Shown in pieces: positions 1-9,633 of a DNA stretch of 64,000 bases (positions are counted from its first letter, which is position 1; each line of letters starts with the position of its first letter). Source of the stretch: an uncultured Pseudomonadota bacterium (GTDB lineage: Bacteria > Pseudomonadota > Gammaproteobacteria > Steroidobacterales > Steroidobacteraceae); assembly GCA_903858165.1 (NCBI GenBank), contig CAIOHZ010000223.1:25184-89183 (forward strand), given 5' to 3'. The notes beneath the pieces were generated by a model, which saw nothing but the letters and a program-made list of their open reading frames with translations, was not told the origin of the DNA and made no database searches. Made by a program: the position numbers and the translations under genes.

Positions 1-125
1 AGGCCGATATGCGGGTCCGCCTTCTGGATGACCTCGCCGTCCATCTCCAGCACCAAGCGCAGCACGCCGTGGGCTGCTGGATGTTGCGGGCCGAAATTCA
101 GCGTGAAATTGCGAAATTCGCTCAT
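1..125 (-). CDS. nuoD: NADH-quinone oxidoreductase subunit D, N-terminal fragment (continues past the left edge)
   Basis: The reverse complement of 1-125 reads [42 protein letters not shown], the conserved NuoD N-terminus. ATG at 125, 9 nt after the nuoC stop. Confidence 0.9.
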   Translation of the reverse strand, partial: MSEFRNFTLNFGPQHPAAHGVLRLVLEMDGEVIQKADPHIG

Positions 126-134
126 ATTGCTGCC

Positions 135-893
135 TCAGCCGCGGCCGGCCGGACGGGCGGTGAGACCCGGGGCGTAACGGTTGTCGTCGCGCAGGGTCTT
201 CGGGACCACCACACGCGGCTCAATGGAAACGGGCTCGTAAACCACACGCTGCCGGTTCGGGTCGTAGCGGACCTCGACATAGCCAGCCAGCGGGAAGTCC
301 TTGCGGAAGGGATGACCGATAAAGCCGTAGTCGGTGAGGATACGGCGCAGGTCCGGGTGGTCGTTGAAGAGAATGCCGTACAGGTCGAACGCTTCGCGCT
401 CATACCAGTTGGCCGACGGCCACACCTCGATGATGGAGTCGATAATGGGCACTTCGCCGCCAGCGCAAGGGCACTGCACGCGAACGCGCCAGTTGTGCGT
501 CACCGAAAGCAGGTGAACCACCACGGCGTAGCGCGCGGATTGAGCGGTTTCGGCTGGAGCATCCGCGCCAAGCCCGACGAAGCGGGTACCGCCCCGGCTG
601 AAACCCGAACGGGTGGCACTTTCCGTCTTCCACTCGGCAATACCGTAGTGCAGGTAGTCGATGCCGGAGAGGTCCACCAACTGCTCGAAGCAAAGCTCAG
701 GAGCATCGCGCAGTTCAGCGCAGACCGCGCGCCAGTCCGCGGCTGTCACTTCGATAGCCACTTCGCCGGCGACGGCCGGCAGCGCCTTGACGCGCTCGCC
801 AAAACGTTCCGCCAGCGCCGCCTTCAGGCGGGCAACCGGGGTGGCGGGCACTTCTACCACAGCTTCGGCAGGCGCTTCGGTTGGGTTGGTCAT
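135..893 (-). CDS. nuoC: NADH-quinone oxidoreductase subunit C
   Basis: ORF 135..1124(-) trimmed to the ATG at 893 (MTNPTEAP...). It carries the NuoC core [48 protein letters not shown]. The upstream part of the ORF overlaps nuoB. Confidence 0.9.
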   Translation of the reverse strand: MTNPTEAPAEAVVEVPATPVARLKAALAERFGERVKALPAVAGEVAIEVTAADWRAVCAELRDAPELCFEQLVDLSGIDYLHYGIAEWKTESATRSGFSRGGTRFVGLGADAPAETAQSARYAVVVHLLSVTHNWRVRVQCPCAGGEVPIIDSIIEVWPSANWYEREAFDLYGILFNDHPDLRRILTDYGFIGHPFRKDFPLAGYVEVRYDPNRQRVVYEPVSIEPRVVVPKTLRDDNRYAPGLTARPAGRG

Positions 894-948
894 GGGCCTT
901 CTCGTGCTCGACTTCTGGGGGGCCAGGCGTGGGAACCGCAGCGCTGCC

Positions 949-1491
949 TTAAGGCCGCGCGATGGTGCTCGTGCGGCGAATCTTCTTCTGCAATTGGATG
1001 ATGCCGTACAGCAGTGCCTCGGCAGTGGGCGGGCAGCCCGGCACATACACGTCCACGGGGACGATACGATCGCAGCCACGAACCACGGCGTAGGAGTAGT
1101 GGTAATAGCCGCCACCGTTGGCACAGGAACCCATGCTGATAACCCAGCGCGGCTCCGGCATCTGGTCGTAAACCTTGCGCAGCGCCGGCGCCATCTTGTT
1201 CACCAGCGTGCCGGCGACAATCATGACGTCCGACTGGCGGGGACTGGGGCGGAACACCACACCGAACCGGTCGAGGTCATACCGGGCAGCGCCGGCATGC
1301 ATCATCTCTACGGCACAGCAGGCCAGACCGAAGGTCATGGGCCACAGCGAACCGGTGCGAGCCCAGTTCATGACGGCGTCGACAGTCGTGGTGAGGAAGC
1401 CCTTGCCGGCCACCCCGCCCTCTTCCATCGCATCGCCCTGCACGAGGTCGCGGGGATCGGCCACGGCCGACACGCTGGCGGTCAATCCCAT
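949..1491 (-). CDS. nuoB: NADH-quinone oxidoreductase subunit B
   Basis: Motifs [19 protein letters not shown] and [10 protein letters not shown] are present. ATG at 1491 is preceded by AAGGGG-N7 and overlaps the nuoA stop by 10 nt. An alternative ATG at 1512 lacks an SD. Confidence 0.9.
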   Translation of the reverse strand: MGLTASVSAVADPRDLVQGDAMEEGGVAGKGFLTTTVDAVMNWARTGSLWPMTFGLACCAVEMMHAGAARYDLDRFGVVFRPSPRQSDVMIVAGTLVNKMAPALRKVYDQMPEPRWVISMGSCANGGGYYHYSYAVVRGCDRIVPVDVYVPGCPPTAEALLYGIIQLQKKIRRTSTIARP

Positions 1492-1838
1492 TCCAGGGCC
1501 CCTTTCTTCCATTCGTAGATGAAGCCGACCACGAGTACACCGAGGAAAATTCCCATGGACGCCAGGCCGAAGGTGCCAATGGCATCTAGCGATACCGCCC
1601 AAGGAAACAAAAAGGCGATTTCGAGATCAAAAATGATGAACAGAATGGCGACGAGGTAGTACCGCACGTCGAACTTCATGCGGGTGTCCTCGAAGGGCTC
1701 AAAGCCGCACTCGTAGGTAGAGGACTTTCCCGTATCCGGGTTGCTCGGGCCCAGCAAAAAGCCGAGACCGACCAGCACCACCGCGAGGCCGCCGGCCACC
1801 ACGAGGAAAATGAGAATGGGCAGATAGTTAGCGAGCAT
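1482..1838 (-). CDS. nuoA: NADH-quinone oxidoreductase subunit A
   Basis: 118 aa, three TM segments, YECGFEPF...[22 protein letters not shown] signature. First gene of the nuo operon. Confidence 0.93.
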   Translation of the reverse strand: MLANYLPILIFLVVAGGLAVVLVGLGFLLGPSNPDTGKSSTYECGFEPFEDTRMKFDVRYYLVAILFIIFDLEIAFLFPWAVSLDAIGTFGLASMGIFLGVLVVGFIYEWKKGALEWD

Positions 1839-1977
1839 ATCCAGCCTGTAGGACAGGGTTGCACAAGGCCCCGTAAAGCGGGCGCATTCTAATGCATCGC
1901 CGCAGTGTCATGTAAGTCATATTTGTACGCATCGCCTACTTTGCCTTTGCTGCCCCGGAATGGTGCGGAGCAGGCAT

Positions 1978-2002
1978 AAAAAAACCCGGCACTGGGCCGG
2001 GT
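1978..2002 (-). terminator. Rho-independent terminator downstream of tRNA-Leu
   Basis: On the minus strand: stem CCCGGC/GCCGGG (1985-1990 / 1996-2001), 5-nt loop, then T7 (plus-strand A run 1978-1984). Confidence 0.7.
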
Positions 2003-2025
2003 TTCTTGCTGGAGTTCTAATCGAC

Positions 2026-2110
2026 TGGTGCCTTCGGCCGGACTCGAACCGGCACGGGTTACCCCACTAACACCTCAAGCTAGCGCGTCTACCAATTCCG
2101 CCACGAAGGC
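2026..2110 (-). tRNA. tRNA-Leu (anticodon GAG), class II with long variable arm
   Basis: Reverse complement is GCCTTCGTGGCGGAATTGGTAGACGCGCTAGCTTGAGGTGTTAGTGGGGTAACCCGTGCCGGTTCGAGTCCGGCCGAAGGCACCA. Acceptor GCCTTCG/CGAAGGC, anticodon loop TTGAGGT, T-arm GGTTCGAGTCC, encoded CCA. Confidence 0.93.
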
Positions 2111-2138
2111 AGTCGAGGAACTCCGGAAAACAGTGAAA

Positions 2139-2504
2139 TTAAGGAGCAACCGGAGCTGCGGGGGCAGGCGCCACCGGAGCCGGAGCGACTGGCAACGGCA
2201 GGGCCGCTGCGGGCACGGCCGGGCCTGCGGGGGCCGCCTTGTCCAGCACGCTGTCCACGGCAACCTTGGGGCGATGCGCCGCCATGTACGCCAGGGACAT
2301 GCTGGTGAGGAAGAACAGCGTGGCGAGCACGGCTGTGGTCTTCGACAGAAAGGTAGCCGAACCGCGCGCGCCGAACACCGTGCCGGAAGCGCCCGAGCCA
2401 AAGCCGGCACCGGCATCGGCACCTTTGCCCTTCTGCATGAGCACCACGCCGATGATGGCCAACGCCAGCACCGCATGGACGAAAACGATGAACGACTGCA
2501 ACAC
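2139..2504 (-). CDS. secG: preprotein translocase subunit SecG with an Ala/Pro-rich C-terminal tail
   Basis: N-terminus MLQSFIVFVHAVLALAIIGVVLMQKGKGADAGAGFGSGASGTVFGARG is typical SecG. Sits in the conserved tpiA-secG-tRNA-Leu-nuo context. Confidence 0.9.
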   Translation of the reverse strand: MLQSFIVFVHAVLALAIIGVVLMQKGKGADAGAGFGSGASGTVFGARGSATFLSKTTAVLATLFFLTSMSLAYMAAHRPKVAVDSVLDKAAPAGPAVPAAALPLPVAPAPVAPAPAAPVAP

Positions 2505-2542
2505 TAGTAGCGACTACCTTGTTGAACCGGCCAGACCGCGGC

Positions 2543-3292
2543 TTAAGCCGCGGCCACCACCCGCAAGAACTCTTCCGCTTGCAATGAAGCCCCACCAACG
2601 AGGCCACCATCGACATCCGGTTGGGCGAACAGTTCGCTGGCGTTGGACGCCTTCACACTGCCACCGTAAAGAATCCTTATCTGGCCGCCAAGTATAGCAT
2701 CTTTCTCCACGATGCGAGCGCGCAACAGGGCGTGAACTTCCTGCGCCTGCGCAGGACTGGCCGTCTTGCCAGTGCCAATGGCCCAGACCGGTTCATAGGC
2801 AAGCACTGCCTTGGCGAATGCACCAATGCCGGCCAAACCAACCACCGCTTCCAACTGCCGCAGGATGACGGTGGCCGTCGCACCAGCCTCCCGTTCCTCC
2901 AGGGTTTCGCCAACACACAGGATAGGCGTCAACCCGGCCGCCTGTGCGGCCATGAATTTGCGGGCTACCAGCGCGTCGTCCTCGCCGTATAGAGCGCGGC
3001 GCTCAGAGTGCCCCACGAGGGCATGGGTGCATCCAATATCCCGCAGCATGGTGGCAGACACTTCGCCCGTGAAAGCACCCTGCGCTTCGGCACAAACCGA
3101 CTGCGCGCCGACTTGAACGGGGCTTCCCTTCACGGCGCGAGCGATCTCGGCCAAGTACGGGAACGGCGGGCAAACCAGCACTTCCGCCCGCGGATCCTCG
3201 AGACTCTCGAGCAAGGTATCAATGAGTTTGGCGTTCTCCGCACGGGAGCCGTGCATCTTCCAATTGCCAGCGACGAAAGGACGACGGACCAT
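2543..3292 (-). CDS. tpiA: triose-phosphate isomerase
   Basis: 249 aa with FVAGNWKMHG, VGHSERR, AYEPVWAIGTGKTA and ILYGGSV motifs. Confidence 0.95.
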   Translation of the reverse strand: MVRRPFVAGNWKMHGSRAENAKLIDTLLESLEDPRAEVLVCPPFPYLAEIARAVKGSPVQVGAQSVCAEAQGAFTGEVSATMLRDIGCTHALVGHSERRALYGEDDALVARKFMAAQAAGLTPILCVGETLEEREAGATATVILRQLEAVVGLAGIGAFAKAVLAYEPVWAIGTGKTASPAQAQEVHALLRARIVEKDAILGGQIRILYGGSVKASNASELFAQPDVDGGLVGGASLQAEEFLRVVAAA

Positions 3293-3402
3293 GCACTACT
3301 CCAGGGGATGTGAGGCGGCGCGCATCCTATGCCTGCGCCACCCTGAAAGCAATCGACAACCAAGGTCCCACTCGGCGGAACCGACTTGCACTGGCGACGG
3401 AA

Positions 3403-4740
3403 TTAGGCCGCGGCGGCACTCACGGCAACTGCCAGCGCCTCGGCTTCAGCCCGTGCGGTATCTGCATCGCTGGCCTCAACCATCACCCGGATGACCGGTT
3501 CAGTTCCCGAGGCACGCAACACCACACGCCCAGCACCGGCGAGCCGCGCTTCCACTTCCGCTTGCACGCGTTGCACGCCCGCCTCGGCCTTCAGGTCGAC
3601 CCGCTTCGCAGTGCGTACGTTGATAAGCACCTGCGGATACTTCTCCATACCAGACACCAACTGCGCCAAGGAGCGGCCCGTGTGCTTCATGACAGCCAGC
3701 ACTTGCAGGGCGCTGACCAAACCGTCGCCGGTGGTAGTACGGTCGAGGCAGAGCAGATGCCCAGAGGTCTCCCCACCGAGAATTCCGCCCTCTTCACGCA
3801 GCAACCCCAGCACATACCGGTCGCCGACGTTGGCGCGACGGAACGGGATGCCGAGTGTACCCAAGGCTTTTTCGAGTCCGAAATTGCTCATGAGCGTACC
3901 CACCACGGGGCCGCGAAGCGTTCCATCGTCCTGACGTGCCCGGGCCAGCACGTAAAGCAGTTGGTCGCCGTCCACGAGGCGGCCAAGATGGTCGACCATG
4001 ACCAGTCGGTCACCGTCACCATCCAGCGCAATACCCACGTGTGCGCGGGTACCCGCCACCGTGAGCTGGAGCAAGTCCGGGTCCGTAGAGCCACAGCCGG
4101 AGTTGATGTTGCGGCCGTTAGGCGAGCAGCCGATGGGAATCATCTCGGCTCCAAGGTCGGCGAGTACCCGCGGCGCCACCTTGTAGCCGGCGCCGTTAGC
4201 GCAGTCCACCACGACCTTGAAGCCCTCGAGGTTCATGCCTCGGGGCAGCGTGGAGCGACAGAACGCTCCATAGTCATCCACCGCCCGCTCTACCCGGCTG
4301 GCTCGGCCCAGCGCAATGCTCTCGAGTGTCACCGGGGGCTCTTCAATGAGCGCCTCGATGGCCTCCTCGATGTCGTCCGACAACTTACCGCCGGCGCCGT
4401 CGAAGAACTTGATGCCGTTGTCATCAAACGCATTGTGCGAAGCGGAGATAACCACACCGAAGTTGCAGCCCAAGTGCTGCGTCATGAAGGCAATGCCGGG
4501 CGTGGGCAGCGGGCCAATGAGCTTCACATCGACGCCCGCGGCGACGAAGCCCGCCTCCAGCGCGCTCTCGAACAGGTAGCCAGACACCCGAGTGTCTTTG
4601 CCGATGAGCACCGAGCCGCCACCTTCCGGCACCAATACCCGCGCTGCCGCACTGGCAAGCCGCAAGGCAAAGTCCACGGTCATGGGGTGAGTTCCCACCC
4701 GGCCACGAACACCATCAGTACCGAAATACTTGCGAGCCAC
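3403..4740 (-). CDS. glmM: phosphoglucosamine mutase
   Basis: ARKYFGTDGVRG N-terminus, active-site SASHNAFDDNGIK, GDGDR metal loop. GTG at 4740 is preceded by GGGGAG-N6. The longest ORF starts at ATG 4776. Confidence 0.93.
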   Translation of the reverse strand: MARKYFGTDGVRGRVGTHPMTVDFALRLASAAARVLVPEGGGSVLIGKDTRVSGYLFESALEAGFVAAGVDVKLIGPLPTPGIAFMTQHLGCNFGVVISASHNAFDDNGIKFFDGAGGKLSDDIEEAIEALIEEPPVTLESIALGRASRVERAVDDYGAFCRSTLPRGMNLEGFKVVVDCANGAGYKVAPRVLADLGAEMIPIGCSPNGRNINSGCGSTDPDLLQLTVAGTRAHVGIALDGDGDRLVMVDHLGRLVDGDQLLYVLARARQDDGTLRGPVVGTLMSNFGLEKALGTLGIPFRRANVGDRYVLGLLREEGGILGGETSGHLLCLDRTTTGDGLVSALQVLAVMKHTGRSLAQLVSGMEKYPQVLINVRTAKRVDLKAEAGVQRVQAEVEARLAGAGRVVLRASGTEPVIRVMVEASDADTARAEAEALAVAVSAAAA

Positions 4741-4794
4741 TTGCTTCTCCCCACCTGCGCCGATTTCCGGCGTCATCGAAACCCATCTACTGGT

Positions 4795-5667
4795 TCAACC
4801 AACTGCAGCACGTACCGCAGCAGCGAGCTTCACCGCATCCACAGTGGCCGCCACATCATGGGCACGCACTATATGCGCTCCGGCGCGAACCGCCAGCGCT
4901 GCTGCCGCCACACTTCCCGCTAAACGTTGGTCCACGGGCCTGCCGGTGACCGCACCGACCGTAGATTTCCGGGACAGTCCCACTAGCACCGGCACTCCGG
5001 ACGGCGTCGCCGCCGGCAGTTCGGCTAGCAAGCGGAGATTGTGATCCAGGTTTTTGCCGAAACCGAAGCCCGGGTCGACCAGCAGACGGTCTTCCGCCAT
5101 ACCCAGCGCACGGCAAGCCTCGAGCCGGGCCTGCAACCAAGCGCGCACCTCGGCAACCACATCCGTGTAGTACGGGGACTGTTGCATGGTGCCCGGCTCG
5201 CCCTGCATGTGCATCAGGCAAACCGCTGCACTGGAAGCCGCGGCCGCCTCCAAAGCGCCGGGCAAACGCAAGCCACGAACGTCGTTGATGAGGTGCGCGC
5301 CTGCCGCCGTGACCGCGCGGATAACCGCAGGCTGGCTAGTGTCCACGGAAATGATGACGTCGAGCTCATGCCGGAGCGCTTCAACCACCGGCACCACTCG
5401 CTGGAGTTCCTCTTCCACAGGAACGGCAGCAGCCCCGGGACGGGTGGACTCACCGCCTACATCGATGATACCAGCGCCCTCCTCCACCATGCGGCGCGCA
5501 TGCGCAAGGGCAGCAGCCACGCCTTGGTGACGACCGCCGTCCGAGAAGGAATCGGGAGTAACGTTCAGCACGCCCATGACTACGGGCGCGCTGAGGGCGA
5601 GGCGGCGTTCGCCGCAGGCCAATTCCCCGCGGGCCGATTCCCCGCGGAACAAATCTCCGCGGGCCAC
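4795..5667 (-). CDS. folP: dihydropteroate synthase
   Basis: VMGVLNVTPDSFSDGG, IIDVGGESTRPG and DPGFGFGK motifs. The start is uncertain: GTG 5667 lies 5 nt after the ftsH stop and the N-terminus is built from three 15-bp repeats. Confidence 0.9.
   Translation of the reverse strand: MARGDLFRGESARGELACGERRLALSAPVVMGVLNVTPDSFSDGGRHQGVAAALAHARRMVEEGAGIIDVGGESTRPGAAAVPVEEELQRVVPVVEALRHELDVIISVDTSQPAVIRAVTAAGAHLINDVRGLRLPGALEAAAASSAAVCLMHMQGEPGTMQQSPYYTDVVAEVRAWLQARLEACRALGMAEDRLLVDPGFGFGKNLDHNLRLLAELPAATPSGVPVLVGLSRKSTVGAVTGRPVDQRLAGSVAAAALAVRAGAHIVRAHDVAATVDAVKLAAAVRAAVG
5621..5665. repeat. Imperfect 15-bp x3 tandem repeat at the folP 5' end
   Basis: Units AATTCCCCGCGGGCC / GATTCCCCGCGGAAC / AAATCTCCGCGGGCC. 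On the coding strand they read ARGDL-FRGES-ARGEL. Confidence 0.8.
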
Positions 5668-5672
5668 GGCGA

Positions 5673-7595
5673 TCAGTGCTGGCCCGCCGGGCTGCTCACG
5701 TCCGGCGTTGCCGTAGGCGTGCCATCCGAAGGAGGCGCCGACGGCGGGATATCTTCCCAGCCGACCGGAACACGCGCTTCACCACCCGCCATGATGTCGG
5801 CGATCTGGTGCTCGTCGATGGTTTCGTACTTGATGAGCGCTTCCGCCATCTTGTGCAGTTTGACGACGTTATCCGTGAGGATTTTGCGAGTGCGTTCGTA
5901 ATTGGAGTCGATGAGGCGACGGACTTCTTCGTCGATGATGCGCGCGGTATCGTCCGAGACCTGCTTGTGCTGACCCATGGAGCGGCCGAGGAAGACTTCG
6001 CCCTCTTCTTCCGTGTAGGTCTGCGGGCCGAGACGGTCCGAAAGGCCCCAGCGCGTGACCATGTTGCGAGCCAACTCCGTGGCGCGCTCGATGTCGTTGG
6101 AAGCGCCCGTGGTGACTGCATCGAGGCCGAAAATAAGTTCTTCGGCAACGCGGCCACCAAACAGGGTGGAGATACGGCTTTCCAGGCTGCGCTTGCTGCT
6201 GCTGTACCGGTCTTGCTCGGGCAGGAACATGGTGACACCCAGTGCGCGACCACGGGGAATGATGGTGACCTTGTAGACCGGGTCGTGCTCTGGAACGACA
6301 AGGCCCACGATGGCGTGACCGGCCTCGTGATAAGCGGTATTGCGCTTTTCCGTGTCGCTCATGACCATGGACTTGCGCTCGGCGCCCATCATGATCTTGT
6401 CTTTGGCGCGGTCGAATTCTTCCATGGTGACCACGCGCTTGTTGAAACGGGCAGCGAACAGCGCCGCCTCGTTCACCAAGTTGGCGAGGTCCGCACCGGA
6501 GAAGCCCGGCGTACCACGAGCGATGACGCTCGGCTTCACGTCGTCGCCCAACGGCACCTTACGCATATGGACTTTGAGGATTTGCTCGCGACCACGCACA
6601 TCGGGGAGGCCGACCACTACCTGGCGGTCGAAACGGCCCGGGCGTAACAGCGCCGGGTCCAGCACGTCTGGGCGGTTCGTGGCGGCGATAACGATAATGC
6701 CCTCGTTACCTTCAAAGCCGTCCATCTCGACGAGCAGTTGGTTCAAGGTTTGCTCACGCTCGTCATGACCGCCGCCGAGACCGGCACCGCGGTGACGACC
6801 CACGGCATCGATTTCGTCGATGAAAATGATGCACGGCGCATGCTTTTTGGCCTGCTCGAACATGTCGCGTACGCGCGAGGCGCCTACGCCTACGAACATT
6901 TCCACGAAGTCCGAACCGGAGATGGTGAAAAACGGCACCTTAGCCTCGCCAGCGATGGCGCGGGCGAGGAGCGTCTTACCCGTACCCGGGCTGCCCACCA
7001 TGAGCACGCCCTTGGGAATCTTGCCGCCGAGCTTCTGGAACTTCGCGGGGTCCTTGAGGAAATCGACGATTTCCTTAACCTCTTCCTTGGCCTCGTCCAC
7101 ACCAGCAACGTCGGCAAAGGTGACGGTGATTTGATCTTCGCTGAGCATGCGGGCGCGGCTCTTGCCGAAGGACATGGCACCCCGGCCATTTCCGCCCCCC
7201 TGCATCTGGCGCATGAAATAGACCCAAAGGCCGATGAGCAGTAGCACCGGGAAGCTGTTCAGGAACAGCTGCATGATGAGGCTGGGCTTTTCCGGGGGAA
7301 CGCCCTGGAAGTTCACGCCGTGGGAACGGAGTTCACCGACGAGCGCCGTGGGGTTACCGCTTTCGACGTTGACGGTTTGAAACGACTGACCACTGGCCGT
7401 CTTGCCGACGATGATTTCGCCGCGCTCACCGCGGAACTCCACCGTGCGCACGTTGTTGTTCTTGACCTCCGCCAAGAACTGCGAATAGGTCATGGGCTCG
7501 GGAGCAGCCGTTTTGCCATTAAAGGTCTGGACGATCATGAGGAGAGCCACCGCGATGGCTACCCAGATGAAAATATTCTTGGTCAGGTCTTTCAA
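5673..7595 (-). CDS. ftsH: ATP-dependent zinc metalloprotease FtsH
   Basis: 640 aa with Walker A GPPGTGKT-like [14 protein letters not shown] region, and zinc site HEAGHA. Confidence 0.97.
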   Translation of the reverse strand: MKDLTKNIFIWVAIAVALLMIVQTFNGKTAAPEPMTYSQFLAEVKNNNVRTVEFRGERGEIIVGKTASGQSFQTVNVESGNPTALVGELRSHGVNFQGVPPEKPSLIMQLFLNSFPVLLLIGLWVYFMRQMQGGGNGRGAMSFGKSRARMLSEDQITVTFADVAGVDEAKEEVKEIVDFLKDPAKFQKLGGKIPKGVLMVGSPGTGKTLLARAIAGEAKVPFFTISGSDFVEMFVGVGASRVRDMFEQAKKHAPCIIFIDEIDAVGRHRGAGLGGGHDEREQTLNQLLVEMDGFEGNEGIIVIAATNRPDVLDPALLRPGRFDRQVVVGLPDVRGREQILKVHMRKVPLGDDVKPSVIARGTPGFSGADLANLVNEAALFAARFNKRVVTMEEFDRAKDKIMMGAERKSMVMSDTEKRNTAYHEAGHAIVGLVVPEHDPVYKVTIIPRGRALGVTMFLPEQDRYSSSKRSLESRISTLFGGRVAEELIFGLDAVTTGASNDIERATELARNMVTRWGLSDRLGPQTYTEEEGEVFLGRSMGQHKQVSDDTARIIDEEVRRLIDSNYERTRKILTDNVVKLHKMAEALIKYETIDEHQIADIMAGGEARVPVGWEDIPPSAPPSDGTPTATPDVSSPAGQH

Positions 7596-7649
7596 CTTTG
7601 CTCCTCGGGCAGCAAGGCCCGGCGCCGCCGTGGCGCACCAGAAACGACT

Positions 7650-8294
7650 CTACACCCCACGCCGGCCCGTCGCCAGCAAGTAGACTTCTGAACTTCGAGC
7701 CCGTGACGCCTTTGGCTTTTTCAGCTTGACGGCACCATATTGGGACCGGGCGGCCTTGACGAACGTGTCGAAACCCTCTCCTTGGAACACCTTCGACAGA
7801 AAAGCGCCCCCCGGTTTGAGTGCTTTGGCAGCGAACTCGAGCGCGAGTTCCGCCAAATACATGGACCGAGGCTGGTCGACGGCGTCTAATCCAGACATGT
7901 TGGGGGCCATGTCAGACAAAACAAGGTCAACCGGACGCCCGCCCAAGAGAGCCAAGAATTCGTCATAAACCTGCTCCTCCCGAAAGTCGCCTTCCACGAA
8001 GGTGACCCCGTTAACCCCCTCCATGGGGAGGATGTCGAGGGCGAAAATGGCTCCCTTGCCGTCACCCTTCCCCGACCCCAACAGGTAGCGGGCCACGTAC
8101 TGGCTCCAGCCGCCCGGGGCAGCACCGAGGTCCACCACCACCATACCTGGGCGGAACAGTTTCTCAGCGCGGGCAATTTCTTCGAGTTTGTAGACAGCCC
8201 GCGAACGCCAACCCTCGGCGCGGGCGCGCTTCACGAACTCGTCGTTGTGGTGTTCGTCTAGCCAGCGGCTACTGCTCTTGCTGCGAATCGTCAT
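7650..8294 (-). CDS. rlmE: 23S rRNA (U2552-2'-O)-methyltransferase RlmE/FtsJ
   Basis: WLDEHHNDEFVKRA...YRSRAVYKLEE...VVDLGAAPGGWSQY pattern. Conserved rlmE-ftsH pairing. Confidence 0.93.
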   Translation of the reverse strand: MTIRSKSSSRWLDEHHNDEFVKRARAEGWRSRAVYKLEEIARAEKLFRPGMVVVDLGAAPGGWSQYVARYLLGSGKGDGKGAIFALDILPMEGVNGVTFVEGDFREEQVYDEFLALLGGRPVDLVLSDMAPNMSGLDAVDQPRSMYLAELALEFAAKALKPGGAFLSKVFQGEGFDTFVKAARSQYGAVKLKKPKASRARSSEVYLLATGRRGV

Positions 8295-8325
8295 GGGTCA
8301 ACCTGCCCTGCCGTATACTGCCGTC

Positions 8326-8625
8326 ATGGAACTTTCGGAAAACCAGAAAAAACACCTGCGCCGCTTGGGGCATGCCCTGAAGCCGGTCGTCATGCTCGGC
8401 CAACACGGCTTGACCGAGGCTGTCACCCGCGAAATGGACTTGGCCTTGGCCCACCACGAGCTCATCAAGGTGACCGCCCGAGTGGGCGAACGCGAGGACC
8501 GCGACACCGCGCTGCAGATGCTCGCAGACCGCACCCAGAGCACACTGGTAAAGCGCATCGGTAATGTCGGGCTGTTCTTCCGGCCAAAGCCGAAACTCAG
8601 CCGCATCGTCCTGCCGTCCACTTGA
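8326..8625 (+). CDS. yhbY: CRM-domain RNA-binding protein YhbY
   Basis: ORF 8245.. trimmed to ATG 8326. MELSENQKKHLRRLGHALKPVVMLGQHGLTEAV...IKV is typical YhbY. Divergent from rlmE as in many proteobacteria. Confidence 0.85.
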   Translation: MELSENQKKHLRRLGHALKPVVMLGQHGLTEAVTREMDLALAHHELIKVTARVGEREDRDTALQMLADRTQSTLVKRIGNVGLFFRPKPKLSRIVLPST

Positions 8626-8680
8626 ATCCCCCGGGCAAACGTCCCGGTAGAGTTACCAAGGTTGGGTCCCTGCGCGCCAC

Positions 8681-9157
8681 TCACCGCGCGCGGCGCACCA
8701 CCAGCCAAGCGAGCGCCGCGCTGGCTAGCAGGTAAAGCACAGCGGATTCGCCGTGTAGCAAGGCAAACGCTTGGTTCAACGAAGCGTTCTGCTGCCCGGC
8801 GGCGTGGGCTGCCGCCCGCGCAATAGCCATTTTCGGCCGCAGGTAATTCTCGCTGACCAATGGCGCGGCCATGGCCAGCAGCAGTACCCAGAGCGTCAGG
8901 CGGTCGAGTCGGCGCTCGCGGTACCAAGCGTAAGCAGTCAACAGGCCGGCCACCAACCCGCCCCAAGCCAGGCCGCGAAACAGAACGCCGGCCACCTCAC
9001 CCGCCAACACCGCGCCTGCGTCCGGTTCCACCACGCGGAAGACCGCCGGGGCTACCCACGCCACCACGGCCCAAGTAGCGCCTGCCCAAGCGGTGAGCGC
9101 CAGACGGGCAGCGCCTTCGAGCAAAGCAGCGGCACGAATTTGCAGGGAGCCGCTCAC
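8681..9157 (-). CDS. DUF4149-like integral membrane protein
   Basis: 158 aa with 4 hydrophobic segments. Its start overlaps the greA stop by 4 nt. Family assignment is from memory of greA-neighbour genes and was not searched. Confidence 0.6.
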   Translation of the reverse strand: MSGSLQIRAAALLEGAARLALTAWAGATWAVVAWVAPAVFRVVEPDAGAVLAGEVAGVLFRGLAWGGLVAGLLTAYAWYRERRLDRLTLWVLLLAMAAPLVSENYLRPKMAIARAAAHAAGQQNASLNQAFALLHGESAVLYLLASAALAWLVVRRAR

Positions 9158-9633
9158 TCGTAGCGGACACCGACGATGACGAACGACTGCCGTCCACCGG
9201 GGGCGTCGAACTCCACCTCGTCGTCCTTCAGCTTGCCGATGAGGGCACGCGCGATGGGCGAAGTGATGGCGATGAGATTCATGCGGATATCCGCCTCATC
9301 CTCGCCGACCACTTGGTAGGTGGTGCATTTCCCGGTCTCGTTGTCTTCGATCTCTACCGTGGCCCCGAAGATGACCTTGCCGCTCTGGGGCAACTTGGCG
9401 ACATCGATAATTTCCGCCATCGACAAGCGACCCTCGATCTCGCCGATGCGGCCCTCGATGAAGCTCTGCTGATCGCGGGCGGCGTGGTATTCCGCGTTCT
9501 CGGACAGGTCACCGTGGCCTCGCGCCTCGGCGATGGCCTTGATGACCGTCGGACGGTCTTCACTCTTCAGTTTTTTCAGTTCCGCACGCAGACGCTCGGC
9601 GCCGCGGGCAGTGATGGGACGACGATTACTCAC
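9154..9633 (-). CDS. greA: transcription elongation factor GreA
   Basis: 159 aa. [18 protein letters not shown]...[16 protein letters not shown] is the GreA coiled-coil signature. Confidence 0.95.
   Translation of the reverse strand: MSNRRPITARGAERLRAELKKLKSEDRPTVIKAIAEARGHGDLSENAEYHAARDQQSFIEGRIGEIEGRLSMAEIIDVAKLPQSGKVIFGATVEIEDNETGKCTTYQVVGEDEADIRMNLIAITSPIARALIGKLKDDEVEFDAPGGRQSFVIVGVRYE

Noticed and set aside
135-1124. N-terminal extensions of several longest ORFs: nuoC to 1124, nuoB to 1602, yhbY from 8245, fur to 23398, RidA to 27279, lipid kinase from 24985, hutH to 45537, hutI from 48251, hutF from 50466, paaB to 57716.
   Set aside because: The extensions overlap neighbouring genes, lack similarity to the family N-termini, and internal starts with SD sequences or ATGA/GTGA coupling fit better.
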